Part shown: positions 16,864 to 32,000 of the stretch, one piece after another
Layout of the letters: every line of letters starts with the position of its first letter
Position numbering within the stretch: position 1 is the stretch's first letter
Assembly (NCBI RefSeq): GCF_001598795.1
Contig: NZ_BCZP01000035.1
Coordinates: 10,737 to 42,736 of the forward strand
DNA length: 32,000 nucleotides
From: Delftia acidovorans NBRC 14950
GTDB taxonomy: Bacteria; Pseudomonadota; Gammaproteobacteria; Burkholderiales; Burkholderiaceae_C
Reading direction: 5' to 3'
The notes under the pieces: generated by a model
Database searches by the model: none
Seen by the model: only the letters and a program-made list of their open reading frames with translations
What the model was told of the DNA's origin: nothing
Program-made: the position numbers and the translations under genes

Positions 16864-17543
16864 GGGGCGTCTTCCAGCATCTGGGTGCGCGACAGCTGCA
16901 GGTTCCAGCCCGAGCGGCCCAGCGCGCCGATCTGCAGCGGCCTGGGCAGCTGGGACAGGTCGATGCGAAAGCGCAGTTGCACCGATACGCCCGATTGCGT
17001 GGGCGCCGTGTCCATGATCTTCCAGCGCGAGATGCGCTGCATGGAGGCCAGCGCATCGTCCAGGCTTTCGAAGGTCTGGCCCAGCGCCAGCCCCAGGCCG
17101 CTGCTGGAGAACGGGGTGCTGGAGATGTGCAGGCGCCAGCGGCGCGTCAGCGGCTGGTGGCTGAGGCGGTAGTGGCGACTGGCGGTGGCCAGTTGCTGAT
17201 CGGACCAGTACCAGCGCTCGCGCTGGATCTGGGCATCGGCCACGAAGTACATGGGGATGCCCTGCCGCAGCGCATCGTCGATCTGGTAGGGCAGCTCGAA
17301 ATGGAGGTTGGCCGACAGCAGCAGGCCGTCGTCGGAGCGATCGAGTTGCATGGGGCCGATCTCGGCCGTCAAGGCATCGGCCCTGGCCTGCAGGCCCAGA
17401 CCCGCCAGCACGCCGGCCAGCACAAGCGCCCCGGCCAGCCGCGCCAGCAGGCGCAGCCAGGCTGGCGACCAGGCCCGATGGGGGGGGTCAGCGCGTCTTT
17501 TGCAGCAAGGCGTAGAAGAAACCGTCGTGGTCACCCAAAGCAT
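16860..17543 (-). CDS. DUF4390 domain protein, exported (start uncertain)
   Basis: Signal-peptide-like WLRLLARLAGALVLAGVLAGLGLQARA/DA, followed by the DUF4390-like block LSANLHFELPYQIDDALRQGIPMYFVADAQIQRERWYW. The only upstream in-frame ATG is 17543, which overlaps the rsmB 3' end by 56 nt and has no SD. Confidence 0.65.
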   Translation of the reverse strand: MLWVTTTVSSTPCCKRRADPPHRAWSPAWLRLLARLAGALVLAGVLAGLGLQARADALTAEIGPMQLDRSDDGLLLSANLHFELPYQIDDALRQGIPMYFVADAQIQRERWYWSDQQLATASRHYRLSHQPLTRRWRLHISSTPFSSSGLGLALGQTFESLDDALASMQRISRWKIMDTAPTQSGVSVQLRFRIDLSQLPRPLQIGALGRSGWNLQLSRTQMLEDAP

Positions 17544-18885
17544 TGTCAGCCAGCATGCCGGCTTTGTCGGCTTTGCCCGGGATTAAATGCCCCGGTGCCG
17601 CCAGGGTTCGCGCCTCACTGTTGCGTGTAACAAACGCTTGAACCTGTGCCTCGCCCTCTTCCCTGAAGACCGAGCAGGTGCAGTAGAGCAGGCGCCCACC
17701 GGGCTGCAGCAGGGGCCACAGGGTGTCGAGCAGGCGCGCCTGGATCTCGGCCAGCTGGCGCACATCGCTTTCGCGGCGCAGCCAGCGCACGTCGGGCTGG
17801 CGCCGCACGATGCCCGAGGCCGTGCAGGGCGCGTCCAGCAAGATGGCGTCGAACCGCTGGCCGCCGCATTGCGCATCGAACCACTGGTCGGGCCGGGATG
17901 CATCGGCCACCACCACGCGGGCCTGCAGGCGCAGCCGCCCCAGCGTGTCCGCGATGCGCGCGGCGCGCTCGGCATCTATCTCCAGCGCCGTGACCTCCAG
18001 GGTCTGCGGGGCTGCGTACTCCAGCAGGTGGGCCGTCTTGCCGCCCGGGGCGGCGCAGGCATCGAGCACACGCAGCGCGCGGCCGGCGGGCTGCTCCAGC
18101 CCCTGCAGCAGCAGCGGCGCGGCCAGTTGCGCGGCCGCATCCTGCACCGAGGCCAGGCCTTCGTCGAAGCCCGGCAGGGATTGCACCGGCAGGGCCTGCT
18201 GCAGTTGCAGGCCGCTGTCGGCCACGGCCAGGGAAGGCACGTCCATGGCCTGCAGCGCTGCCTGGTAGGACTGGCGGTCCGTTTGTTGGCGGTTGACGCG
18301 CAGCGTCATCGGCGGCTGTTCATTGTTGGCCTGCAGGATGGCTTGCCAATGATCGGGATGGTCCTTGCGCAAACGGGCGATCCACCAGGCCGGGTGGTTC
18401 CAGACGGCCTGCGGCTGGTCGTCGGTGGCGGCGACCAGGGCATCGCGCTCGCGCAGGAAGCGGCGCAGGCAGGCATTGATGAAGCCGGACTGGGCGCGCG
18501 TCGGCCCCTGCTTGGCAGCCTCCACCGTCTGGTTGACCAGGGTGAATGGTGGGTACGGTGCCCGGGACTCATCCCAGGCCAGGGCCAGGGCCGTGTTCAG
18601 CAATGCGCTGACGCGCGGCGGCGGGTTGCGCGAGGCCAGCTGCTTTTGCAGCGCCTGGGCACGACCCAACTGGCGAAGCACCTGGAACAGCAGCGCCTGG
18701 ACGCCGGGGCGCAGCGGCTGCGCCACGCGCGCCAGCACGCTGCGGCTGGACTGGCCTTCAAGCACGGACTGCAGGCATTGGGCGACGGCGTCGAGCTGCT
18801 GCCAAAGAGGAGGTGCGGCCGGTGCGGCATGCGCCTGCGAGGGCGCCGCAGCGCGGCGCGGGGAAGAATGCGTGCGTTGGTTCAT
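17488..18885 (-). CDS. rsmB: 16S rRNA (cytosine967-C5)-methyltransferase RsmB/Sun
   Basis: 465 aa. NusB-like N-terminal domain, SAM motif LDACAAPGGKT, and catalytic motifs LLDAPCTASG and LLYCTCS. The ATG (18885) overlaps the stop of the LemA-like gene (ATGA). Confidence 0.9.
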   Translation of the reverse strand: MNQRTHSSPRRAAAPSQAHAAPAAPPLWQQLDAVAQCLQSVLEGQSSRSVLARVAQPLRPGVQALLFQVLRQLGRAQALQKQLASRNPPPRVSALLNTALALAWDESRAPYPPFTLVNQTVEAAKQGPTRAQSGFINACLRRFLRERDALVAATDDQPQAVWNHPAWWIARLRKDHPDHWQAILQANNEQPPMTLRVNRQQTDRQSYQAALQAMDVPSLAVADSGLQLQQALPVQSLPGFDEGLASVQDAAAQLAAPLLLQGLEQPAGRALRVLDACAAPGGKTAHLLEYAAPQTLEVTALEIDAERAARIADTLGRLRLQARVVVADASRPDQWFDAQCGGQRFDAILLDAPCTASGIVRRQPDVRWLRRESDVRQLAEIQARLLDTLWPLLQPGGRLLYCTCSVFREEGEAQVQAFVTRNSEARTLAAPGHLIPGKADKAGMLADNALGDHDGFFYALLQKTR

Positions 18886-19511
18886 GTTCCACTTTCCTGT
18901 GCCTTGCTGGCGACAGGCTCGACCAGCAGGCTGCGCACCGGGCGAAAGCCCAGCAGCCAGGCCAGCAGCCTGGCCGGATATTGCGCAATGGCGGCGTTGT
19001 AGCGCTCGGCCGCGGCGTTGAATTGCTGCAGTCCCAGGCGGTTGCGCACCTGGTGCTCGGTCCAGCGCTGCTGCCAGGGCTGCAGCGGATCGGGGTCCGG
19101 CGATGGGGCATCTGATGGCGCAGCGCCAGTGCCAGCGGCGCCGGCGCCGGTGTCAACGGCGACCTTGGTCATGGCCTGCCAGGCCACGTCCAGCGCCGAA
19201 CAGGCGTGCTCCAGCGAGGCCAGCGCGGTCTCGCGCAGCGGCCGGCCACGGGCATCGACCAGGGCCGCCTGCAGCTGTGCGGCGGTCTGGTGCAGTGCGG
19301 CCTGGGCATGCACAAGGGCGGGGCTTTGGCCTTCGGCCTTGGGCTGGGCCTCGAAGGCCTGCAGCATGGCATGCCACTGGCCCAGGTGCGCATCGAGCGC
19401 TCCGAACTGCTGCACGCAGCCGCTGCGCAGCCGGGCCAGCCGGTTGTATGCGCCAACGGCCCAGAACACCAGCAGTGCCAGCAGCATCCATTCAAGAGAC
19501 AAGGACCACAT
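18882..19511 (-). CDS. divergent LemA-like membrane protein
   Basis: Start chosen at ATG 19511 (MWSLSLEWMLLALLVFWAVGAYNRLARLRSG...). It has an N-terminal TM helix followed by YN-L-RLR, and a C-terminal NRLGLQQFNAAAERYNAAIAQYPARLLAWLLGF. This resembles the LemA pattern NR...YN....YN..I..FP...A...GF. The longer track ORF (to 19739) would read through the rpoC terminator hairpin. No clear SD. Confidence 0.55.
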   Translation of the reverse strand: MWSLSLEWMLLALLVFWAVGAYNRLARLRSGCVQQFGALDAHLGQWHAMLQAFEAQPKAEGQSPALVHAQAALHQTAAQLQAALVDARGRPLRETALASLEHACSALDVAWQAMTKVAVDTGAGAAGTGAAPSDAPSPDPDPLQPWQQRWTEHQVRNRLGLQQFNAAAERYNAAIAQYPARLLAWLLGFRPVRSLLVEPVASKAQESGT

Positions 19512-19562
19512 CGTCTGCGATGGCCCCGCCGGAGGAGGTCCGGCCGGGCCCTGGTTATTCCC

Positions 19563-19604
19563 AAAGAAAAACGCTCCCGCCTGCGCAGGGCAGGCCGGGA
19601 GCGT
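19563..19604 (-). terminator. rho-independent terminator of the rpoBC transcription unit
   Basis: On the minus strand: ACGCTCCCGGCCTGC cctgc GCAGGCGGGAGCGT (one bulged C), followed by TTTTTCTTT. This is a 14-bp GC-rich stem at 19571-19604 with its U-tract at 19563-19570. Confidence 0.7.
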
Positions 19605-19765
19605 CACATCATCAAGCACTTGCGCCATGCACTGCTCTAGGAGACAGCATGTCCCAACAAGAGGGACGCCGAGCAAGGGCCGCCCCCGCAGCGAGGGCGT
19701 CGTCCCCCTCCCGCAAAGCGAGAGAGGGGGAAGCGGCACAGCCGCTCAGGGGGTGGCACCGCCTA

Positions 19766-23995
<4,230 letters not shown>

Positions 23996-24018
23996 AAGAC
24001 TCTTTCCCTTTTCAATAT

Positions 24019-28131
<4,113 letters not shown>

Positions 28132-28353
28132 GAGATCTCCGGGCAAAGACATGAGTCCTGGGTCTGCGACGACTGCCCCACATGGAAAGCTCCCTGCGGG
28201 CTTGGCGGTTGGCCACTACCAACCATGGCTGACGGCGATGCGTTGCACATCGCCCGAACCAAGGCATCTTCTGCTGTCGGGTTGTCAGAAGACACTAAAA
28301 AACAGACTGTGCTGACTGCTTTTTAGTGTGCTCTATGGATCAGCGCTCCACAA

Positions 28354-28392
28354 GCGCCAAAGGCTGGAGGCCCTTTTTCGGAGCCTCCAGCC
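28354..28392 (-). terminator. rplL-rpoB intergenic attenuator hairpin (partial terminator)
   Basis: Minus strand: GGCTGGAGGC tccgaaaaag G GCCTCCAGCC (28362-28392) followed by TTTGG. It sits 16 nt after the rplL stop, at the position of the known L7/L12-rpoB attenuator in other proteobacteria. The short U-tract suggests leaky termination. Confidence 0.5.
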
Positions 28393-28407
28393 CTTGAGGG
28401 GACTGAA

Positions 28408-28785
28408 TTACTTCAGTTCAGCCTTGGCACCGGCTTCCACCAGCTTCTTCACAGCGGCTTCAGCGTCAGCCTTGGCAACGCCTTCCTTGACGTTCTTGGG
28501 AGCGCCGTCGACCAGGTCCTTGGCTTCCTTCAGACCCAGGCCGGTGATTTCACGCACGGCCTTGATGACGGAAACCTTGTTCGCGCCGGCTTCGGTCAGC
28601 ACAACGTTGAACTCGGTCTTTTCTTCTGCAGCAGCAGCGCCGCCAGCAGCGCCGCCAGCAGCGGGAGCAGCCATAGCGGCAGCGCTCACGCCAAACTTCT
28701 CTTCAATGGCCTTCACCAGGTCATTGAGTTCCAGGACCGTCATGCCGTCGAGCGCGGTCAGAAATGCGTCTTTATCGAATGCCAT
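28408..28785 (-). CDS. rplL: 50S ribosomal protein L7/L12
   Basis: 125 aa. [33 protein letters not shown], an Ala/Gly hinge, and C-terminal [27 protein letters not shown]. Confidence 0.97.
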   Translation of the reverse strand: MAFDKDAFLTALDGMTVLELNDLVKAIEEKFGVSAAAMAAPAAGGAAGGAAAAEEKTEFNVVLTEAGANKVSVIKAVREITGLGLKEAKDLVDGAPKNVKEGVAKADAEAAVKKLVEAGAKAELK

Positions 28786-28822
28786 TTTGATTTCCTAACA
28801 ATATTGGTTAACTGCCGCGCGC

Positions 28823-29350
28823 TCAGGCTGCGACTGCTTCGGCTGCCGGTTCTTCGGCAGAGCCTTCGCTCTTCTTTGCCGCCAGGGCGCCCAGCACAAC
28901 GGCCGTACGCGAGATAGGCGACATCAGCAAGCCACACAGTTGTGCCAGCAGAACTTCCTTCGAGGGGATGTTCGCCAGTTGCTTCACACCGTTCACGTCC
29001 AGGGCCTTGCCTGCAAACGCACCACCGCGGATCACCAGCTTGTCGTTGGTTTTCGCGAAGTCGGCCACCACCTTGGCGGCGGCCACTGCGTCTTCAGAGA
29101 AGCCATAGATCAGAGGGCCGGTCATCTGGTCGGCGACAACGTCAAACTGGCTGCCAGCCACAGCACGGCGGGCCAGCGTGTTCTTCAACACGCTCAGGCT
29201 CACACCCTTGCTGCGAGCATCAGAACGCAGTTTGGTCATGTCGGCGACCGTGATGCCGCGGTATTCCGCGATCACAAGCGTTTGAGCTTTTGCGGCGAGG
29301 CTGGTCACTTCATTGATGACCGCTTCTTTCTCACTGCGATTAAGACTCAA
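28823..29350 (-). CDS. rplJ: 50S ribosomal protein L10 (TTG start)
   Basis: 175 aa beginning (M)[14 protein letters not shown]. The initiation codon at 29350-29348 is TTG, preceded by AAGGAG (complement of 29357-29362) at 6-nt spacing. Confidence 0.95.
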   Translation of the reverse strand: MSLNRSEKEAVINEVTSLAAKAQTLVIAEYRGITVADMTKLRSDARSKGVSLSVLKNTLARRAVAGSQFDVVADQMTGPLIYGFSEDAVAAAKVVADFAKTNDKLVIRGGAFAGKALDVNGVKQLANIPSKEVLLAQLCGLLMSPISRTAVVLGALAAKKSEGSAEEPAAEAVAA

Positions 29351-29576
29351 GGTCTACTCCTTCAAATGCGCACTCGGGGCAAGCCCCTCATGCGCGCTCT
29401 TGTTGCAGCGACCAACTGTTTTGGAAATGCATCCATCTGCAGCGGGATCGCCATCTGCGTTGGCCCCGGGGGTTTAAGTGCCGCAAGGCACACCAACGGT
29501 CTTGGATGACCCGGCGCATCGCTGCACCGGCCCACCACTGAGGCACCCCGAAAGGTGTCTCAAGATTTCTTGGCTA
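29351..29576 (-). promoter_or_regulatory. rplJL mRNA leader, candidate L10-(L12)4 autoregulatory region
   Basis: A 226-nt untranslated gap between rplA and rplJ with several stem-loops. Examples: GAGGCACC ccgaaa GGTGTCTC at 29540-29561, GTGCC gcaa GGCAC at 29478-29491, and GGGGC aa GCCCC at 29376-29387 close to the SD. Assigned by position and analogy only. Confidence 0.4.
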
Positions 29577-30272
29577 TCAGGCCGAGATGGTTTGCGTGTC
29601 GACGCGAACGCCCACACCCATGGTCGACGAAACAGCGACCTTGCGCAGGTACAGGCCCTTGCTCGAAGCGGGCTTGGACTTGTTCAGGGCGTCGATCAGC
29701 GCAGCCAGGTTGCCTTGCAGCTTCTCGTTGTCGAACGAGCGGCGGCCGATGGTGGCGTGGATGATGCCGGCCTTGTCGACGCGGTATTGCACCTGACCAG
29801 CCTTGGCGTTCTTCACAGCCGTGGCCACATCGGGAGTCACCGTGCCAACCTTGGGGTTGGGCATCAGGCCGCGCGGGCCCAGGATCTGGCCCAGCGTACC
29901 GACGACACGCATGGCGTCAGGGGCAGCGATGACCACGTCGAAGGGCATGTCGCCAGCCTTCACGCGGGCAGCCAGGTCGTCCATGCCGACCACGTCGGCG
30001 CCGGCAGCCTTGGCTTCTTCAGCCTTGGCGCCTTGGGCGAACACAGCCACGCGGGCAATCTTGCCGGTGCCATGGGGCAGCACGACAGCGCCGCGAACCA
30101 CTTGGTCAGACTTCTTGGCGTCCACGCCCAGTTGCACGGCCACGTCGATGGATTCATCGAACTTGGCGGTGGCAGCATCCTTCACCAGCGCGACTGCGTC
30201 AGCGAAAGCGTACAGCTTGGTGGACTCCACCTTGCCCTGGAGAGCCTTTTGCTTCTTGGTCAACTTGGCCAT
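29577..30272 (-). CDS. rplA: 50S ribosomal protein L1
   Basis: 231 aa. [15 protein letters not shown]...[34 protein letters not shown]. The ATG immediately follows the rplK TAA. Confidence 0.97.
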   Translation of the reverse strand: MAKLTKKQKALQGKVESTKLYAFADAVALVKDAATAKFDESIDVAVQLGVDAKKSDQVVRGAVVLPHGTGKIARVAVFAQGAKAEEAKAAGADVVGMDDLAARVKAGDMPFDVVIAAPDAMRVVGTLGQILGPRGLMPNPKVGTVTPDVATAVKNAKAGQVQYRVDKAGIIHATIGRRSFDNEKLQGNLAALIDALNKSKPASSKGLYLRKVAVSSTMGVGVRVDTQTISA

Positions 30273-30704
30273 TTACACGCCCTCCACAATCACGCCCATC
30301 GAGCGAGCCGAACCAGCCAGCGTACGCACGGCGGCGTCCACGTCAGCAGCGTTCATGTCCTTCAGCTTGGTGTTGGCGATCTCTTCCAGCTGAGCGCGGG
30401 TGATCTTGCCGACCTTGTTCTTCAGGGGGTTGGAAGAACCCTTGTCCAGCTTGATGGCCTTCTTGATCAGCACAGTCGCCGGAGGCGTCTTGATGATGAA
30501 GGTGAAGCTCTTGTCCGCGAAAGCCGTGATGACCACGGGCAGGGGCAGTCCGGGCTCGACACCTTGGGTCTGGGCGTTGAACGCCTTGCAGAATTCCATG
30601 ATGTTGAGGCCGCGCTGACCCAGCGCAGGACCGATCGGGGGAGAGGGATTGGCCTTACCAGCTGGCACTTGCAGCTTGATGAAGCCGACGATTTTCTTCG
30701 CCAT
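30273..30704 (-). CDS. rplK: 50S ribosomal protein L11
   Basis: Start ATG 30704 ([32 protein letters not shown]) with AAGGAG 6 nt upstream. The 12-codon upstream extension in the track ORF is rejected. Confidence 0.97.
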   Translation of the reverse strand: MAKKIVGFIKLQVPAGKANPSPPIGPALGQRGLNIMEFCKAFNAQTQGVEPGLPLPVVITAFADKSFTFIIKTPPATVLIKKAIKLDKGSSNPLKNKVGKITRAQLEEIANTKLKDMNAADVDAAVRTLAGSARSMGVIVEGV

Positions 30705-30844
30705 TGAATGCTCCTTGCGGGTATAGCGCCGCCGGCCCAACCAACAACAGTTGCAGCCGACAGCTCCCCGGGGGTTAAAAGACTCTTGTGAGAACGCCCT
30801 GCACCAAGCCTAAAAATGCAGAGCCAGAGATTGTAAGCGGTAAC

Positions 30845-31429
30845 TCAGGTTTTTTCAACCTGGGCAAATTCAAGCTCGACCGGCGTGGAGCGACCGAAGA
30901 TCATCACGGAGACGCGCAGACGGCTCTTCTCGTAGTTGACCTCTTCGACAGAGCCGTTGAAGTCCGTGAACGGACCTTCCTTGACACGCACCAGCTCGCC
31001 GGGCATGAACTCGACCTTGTGGCGCGGCTTTTCCGTGCCTTCCTGCATCTGGCTGACGATCTTGCGCACTTCCTCTTCGGAAATGGGCGCAGGACGGTTC
31101 TTGGCACCGCCAACGAAACCCGTCACCTTGCTGGTGTGCTTGACCAAGTGCCAGGTATCGTCGTCCATGACCATTTCGACGAACACGTAGCCAGGGAACA
31201 GACGGCGCTCGGTAGTGCGGCGCTGGCCATTCTTCATTTCCACCACCTCTTCAGTGGGGACAAGAATGCGACCGAACTTGGACTGCATGTCAGAGCGCGC
31301 GATGCGCTCGATGATGTTGCGCTCAACCGCCTTTTCCATGCCGGAGTAGGCATGGACGATGTACCAGCGCAGATCCGGATTGGCAGGCGCTGCCCCTCCG
31401 TCGTTCACACCCGTTTCGACAGCATCCAT
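30845..31429 (-). CDS. nusG: transcription termination/antitermination factor NusG
   Basis: Start ATG 31429 ([12 protein letters not shown]...[15 protein letters not shown]) overlaps the secE TAA by 1 nt (TAATG), with GGAGG 5 nt upstream. NGN domain plus C-terminal KOW ([21 protein letters not shown]). Confidence 0.95.
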   Translation of the reverse strand: MDAVETGVNDGGAAPANPDLRWYIVHAYSGMEKAVERNIIERIARSDMQSKFGRILVPTEEVVEMKNGQRRTTERRLFPGYVFVEMVMDDDTWHLVKHTSKVTGFVGGAKNRPAPISEEEVRKIVSQMQEGTEKPRHKVEFMPGELVRVKEGPFTDFNGSVEEVNYEKSRLRVSVMIFGRSTPVELEFAQVEKT

Positions 31430-31812
31430 TACTTCCTCCAGCCCAAAATCAGGTCGTACAAGACCCACTCAAGCGTCTTGTCCGTGAACCACAGGAACAA
31501 GGCCATGATGACGACAAAGCCGAAGACGTACAAGGTCATCTGCATGGTTTCCTTGCGCGTCGGCCAGACGACCTTCTTGACTTCGCGCCAGGCATCCTGG
31601 GCAAAGCTCACGAAACGCTTTCCGGGCTCGGAAACAAGGAACGTGCCAGCAGCTGCAGCCAGGCCGACCAGCAGCACCAGCCACTGGACGATGGGCCCTT
31701 GCTTGCTCAGCAGATAGAAACCTGCGATCGCAGCAACGACTAAAGCCGCGACTGCGGCAAGCTTGGCTTTGTCAGCTCCGGAGCTGACCGTTTCAACCTG
31801 AGTAGTGGCCAT
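31429..31812 (-). CDS. secE: preprotein translocase subunit SecE
   Basis: 127 aa with three hydrophobic segments. Conserved C-terminal [20 protein letters not shown]...[10 protein letters not shown]. Located between tRNA-Trp and nusG as in most bacteria. Confidence 0.9.
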   Translation of the reverse strand: MATTQVETVSSGADKAKLAAVAALVVAAIAGFYLLSKQGPIVQWLVLLVGLAAAAGTFLVSEPGKRFVSFAQDAWREVKKVVWPTRKETMQMTLYVFGFVVIMALFLWFTDKTLEWVLYDLILGWRK

Positions 31813-31857
31813 AATCCATTTCTAATGCGCATCTTTTGCGCAACGCCAAGACACCGA

Positions 31858-31877
31858 AGCCCGCTTTGGGGCGGGCT
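31858..31877 (-). terminator. hairpin downstream of tRNA-Trp (processing site or weak terminator)
   Basis: Minus strand: AGCCCGC cccaaa GCGGGCT followed by TCGGTGTCTTGG. A 7-bp GC stem with a poor U-tract, so read-through into secE-nusG is likely. Confidence 0.3.
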
Positions 31878-31898
31878 CGTTGCGATTCCACCATCAGG

Positions 31899-31974
31899 TG
31901 GCAGGGGCAGTAGGAATCGAACCTACAACCTTCGGTTTTGGAGACCGACGCTCTGCCAATTGAGCTATACCCCT
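31899..31974 (-). tRNA. tRNA-Trp: tRNA-Trp (anticodon CCA), 76 nt with encoded CCA
   Basis: Reverse complement is AGGGGTATAGCTCAATTGGCAGAGCGTCGGTCTCCAAAACCGAAGGTTGTAGGTTCGATTCCTACTGCCCCTGCCA. Full cloverleaf with anticodon loop CTCCAAA. Confidence 0.92.
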
Positions 31975-31983
31975 ACGAATCAA

Positions 31984-32000
31984 TTAGGCAATGATCTTGG
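31984..32000 (-). CDS. tuf: 3' end of elongation factor Tu gene (last 4 codons plus stop only)
   Basis: The minus strand reads ..AAG ATC ATT GCC TAA (K-I-I-A-stop), an EF-Tu-like C-terminus. The conserved tuf / tRNA-Trp / secE / nusG synteny supports the call. Too little sequence for certainty. Confidence 0.4.

Noticed and set aside
19512-19739. The longer version of the LemA-like ORF (285 aa starting at 19739, or MAQVL at 19628).
   Set aside because: It would translate straight through the rpoC terminator hairpin and U-tract (19563-19604). The extra residues are low-complexity, and neither start has an RBS.
31826-31842. TGCGCA-tcttt-TGCGCA in the secE 5' UTR, considered as a regulatory operator.
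   Set aside because: A 6-bp self-complementary hexamer repeated once. It is too short to distinguish from chance, and no matching motif was seen elsewhere in the window.

Overview
This is a high-GC betaproteobacterial chromosomal core segment. A Burkholderiales/Comamonadaceae-like origin is inferred only from protein sequences and gene order. Nearly every gene is on the minus strand. Left edge to 1.4 kb: a copper-handling pair (DUF2946 plus a truncated PCu(A)C chaperone) and a plus-strand glutathione S-transferase. 1.4-11 kb: a compact recC-recB-recD operon with 4-nt ATGA overlaps at both junctions. 11-13.6 kb: a nitric-oxide stress module. It comprises nnrS, an Rrf2/NsrR-type regulator and a small 4-TM membrane protein, with an NsrR-like palindrome in the promoter region shared with a divergent cupin gene. 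13.6-19.6 kb: tRNA-Phe, then a tight cluster of LemA-like protein, rsmB, DUF4390, NtrY-like histidine kinase and a short NtrX-like response regulator. 19.7-32 kb: the universal tuf(end) / tRNA-Trp / secE-nusG / rplK-rplA-rplJ-rplL / rpoB-rpoC region with its expected leaders, attenuator and terminator. I saw no transposase, integrase, CRISPR array, toxin-antitoxin pair or recognisable defence gene. I do not find convincing evidence for a wholly new system in this window. The best leads are: (1) the NsrR module and its possible read-through into recCBD, (2) the uncharacterised His-rich membrane protein coupled to nsrR, (3) the rsmB-DUF4390-kinase-regulator cluster with an AAA+-less regulator, and (4) a structured ~160-nt rpoC 3' UTR. 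All family calls rest on motif recognition by eye, not on database searches.
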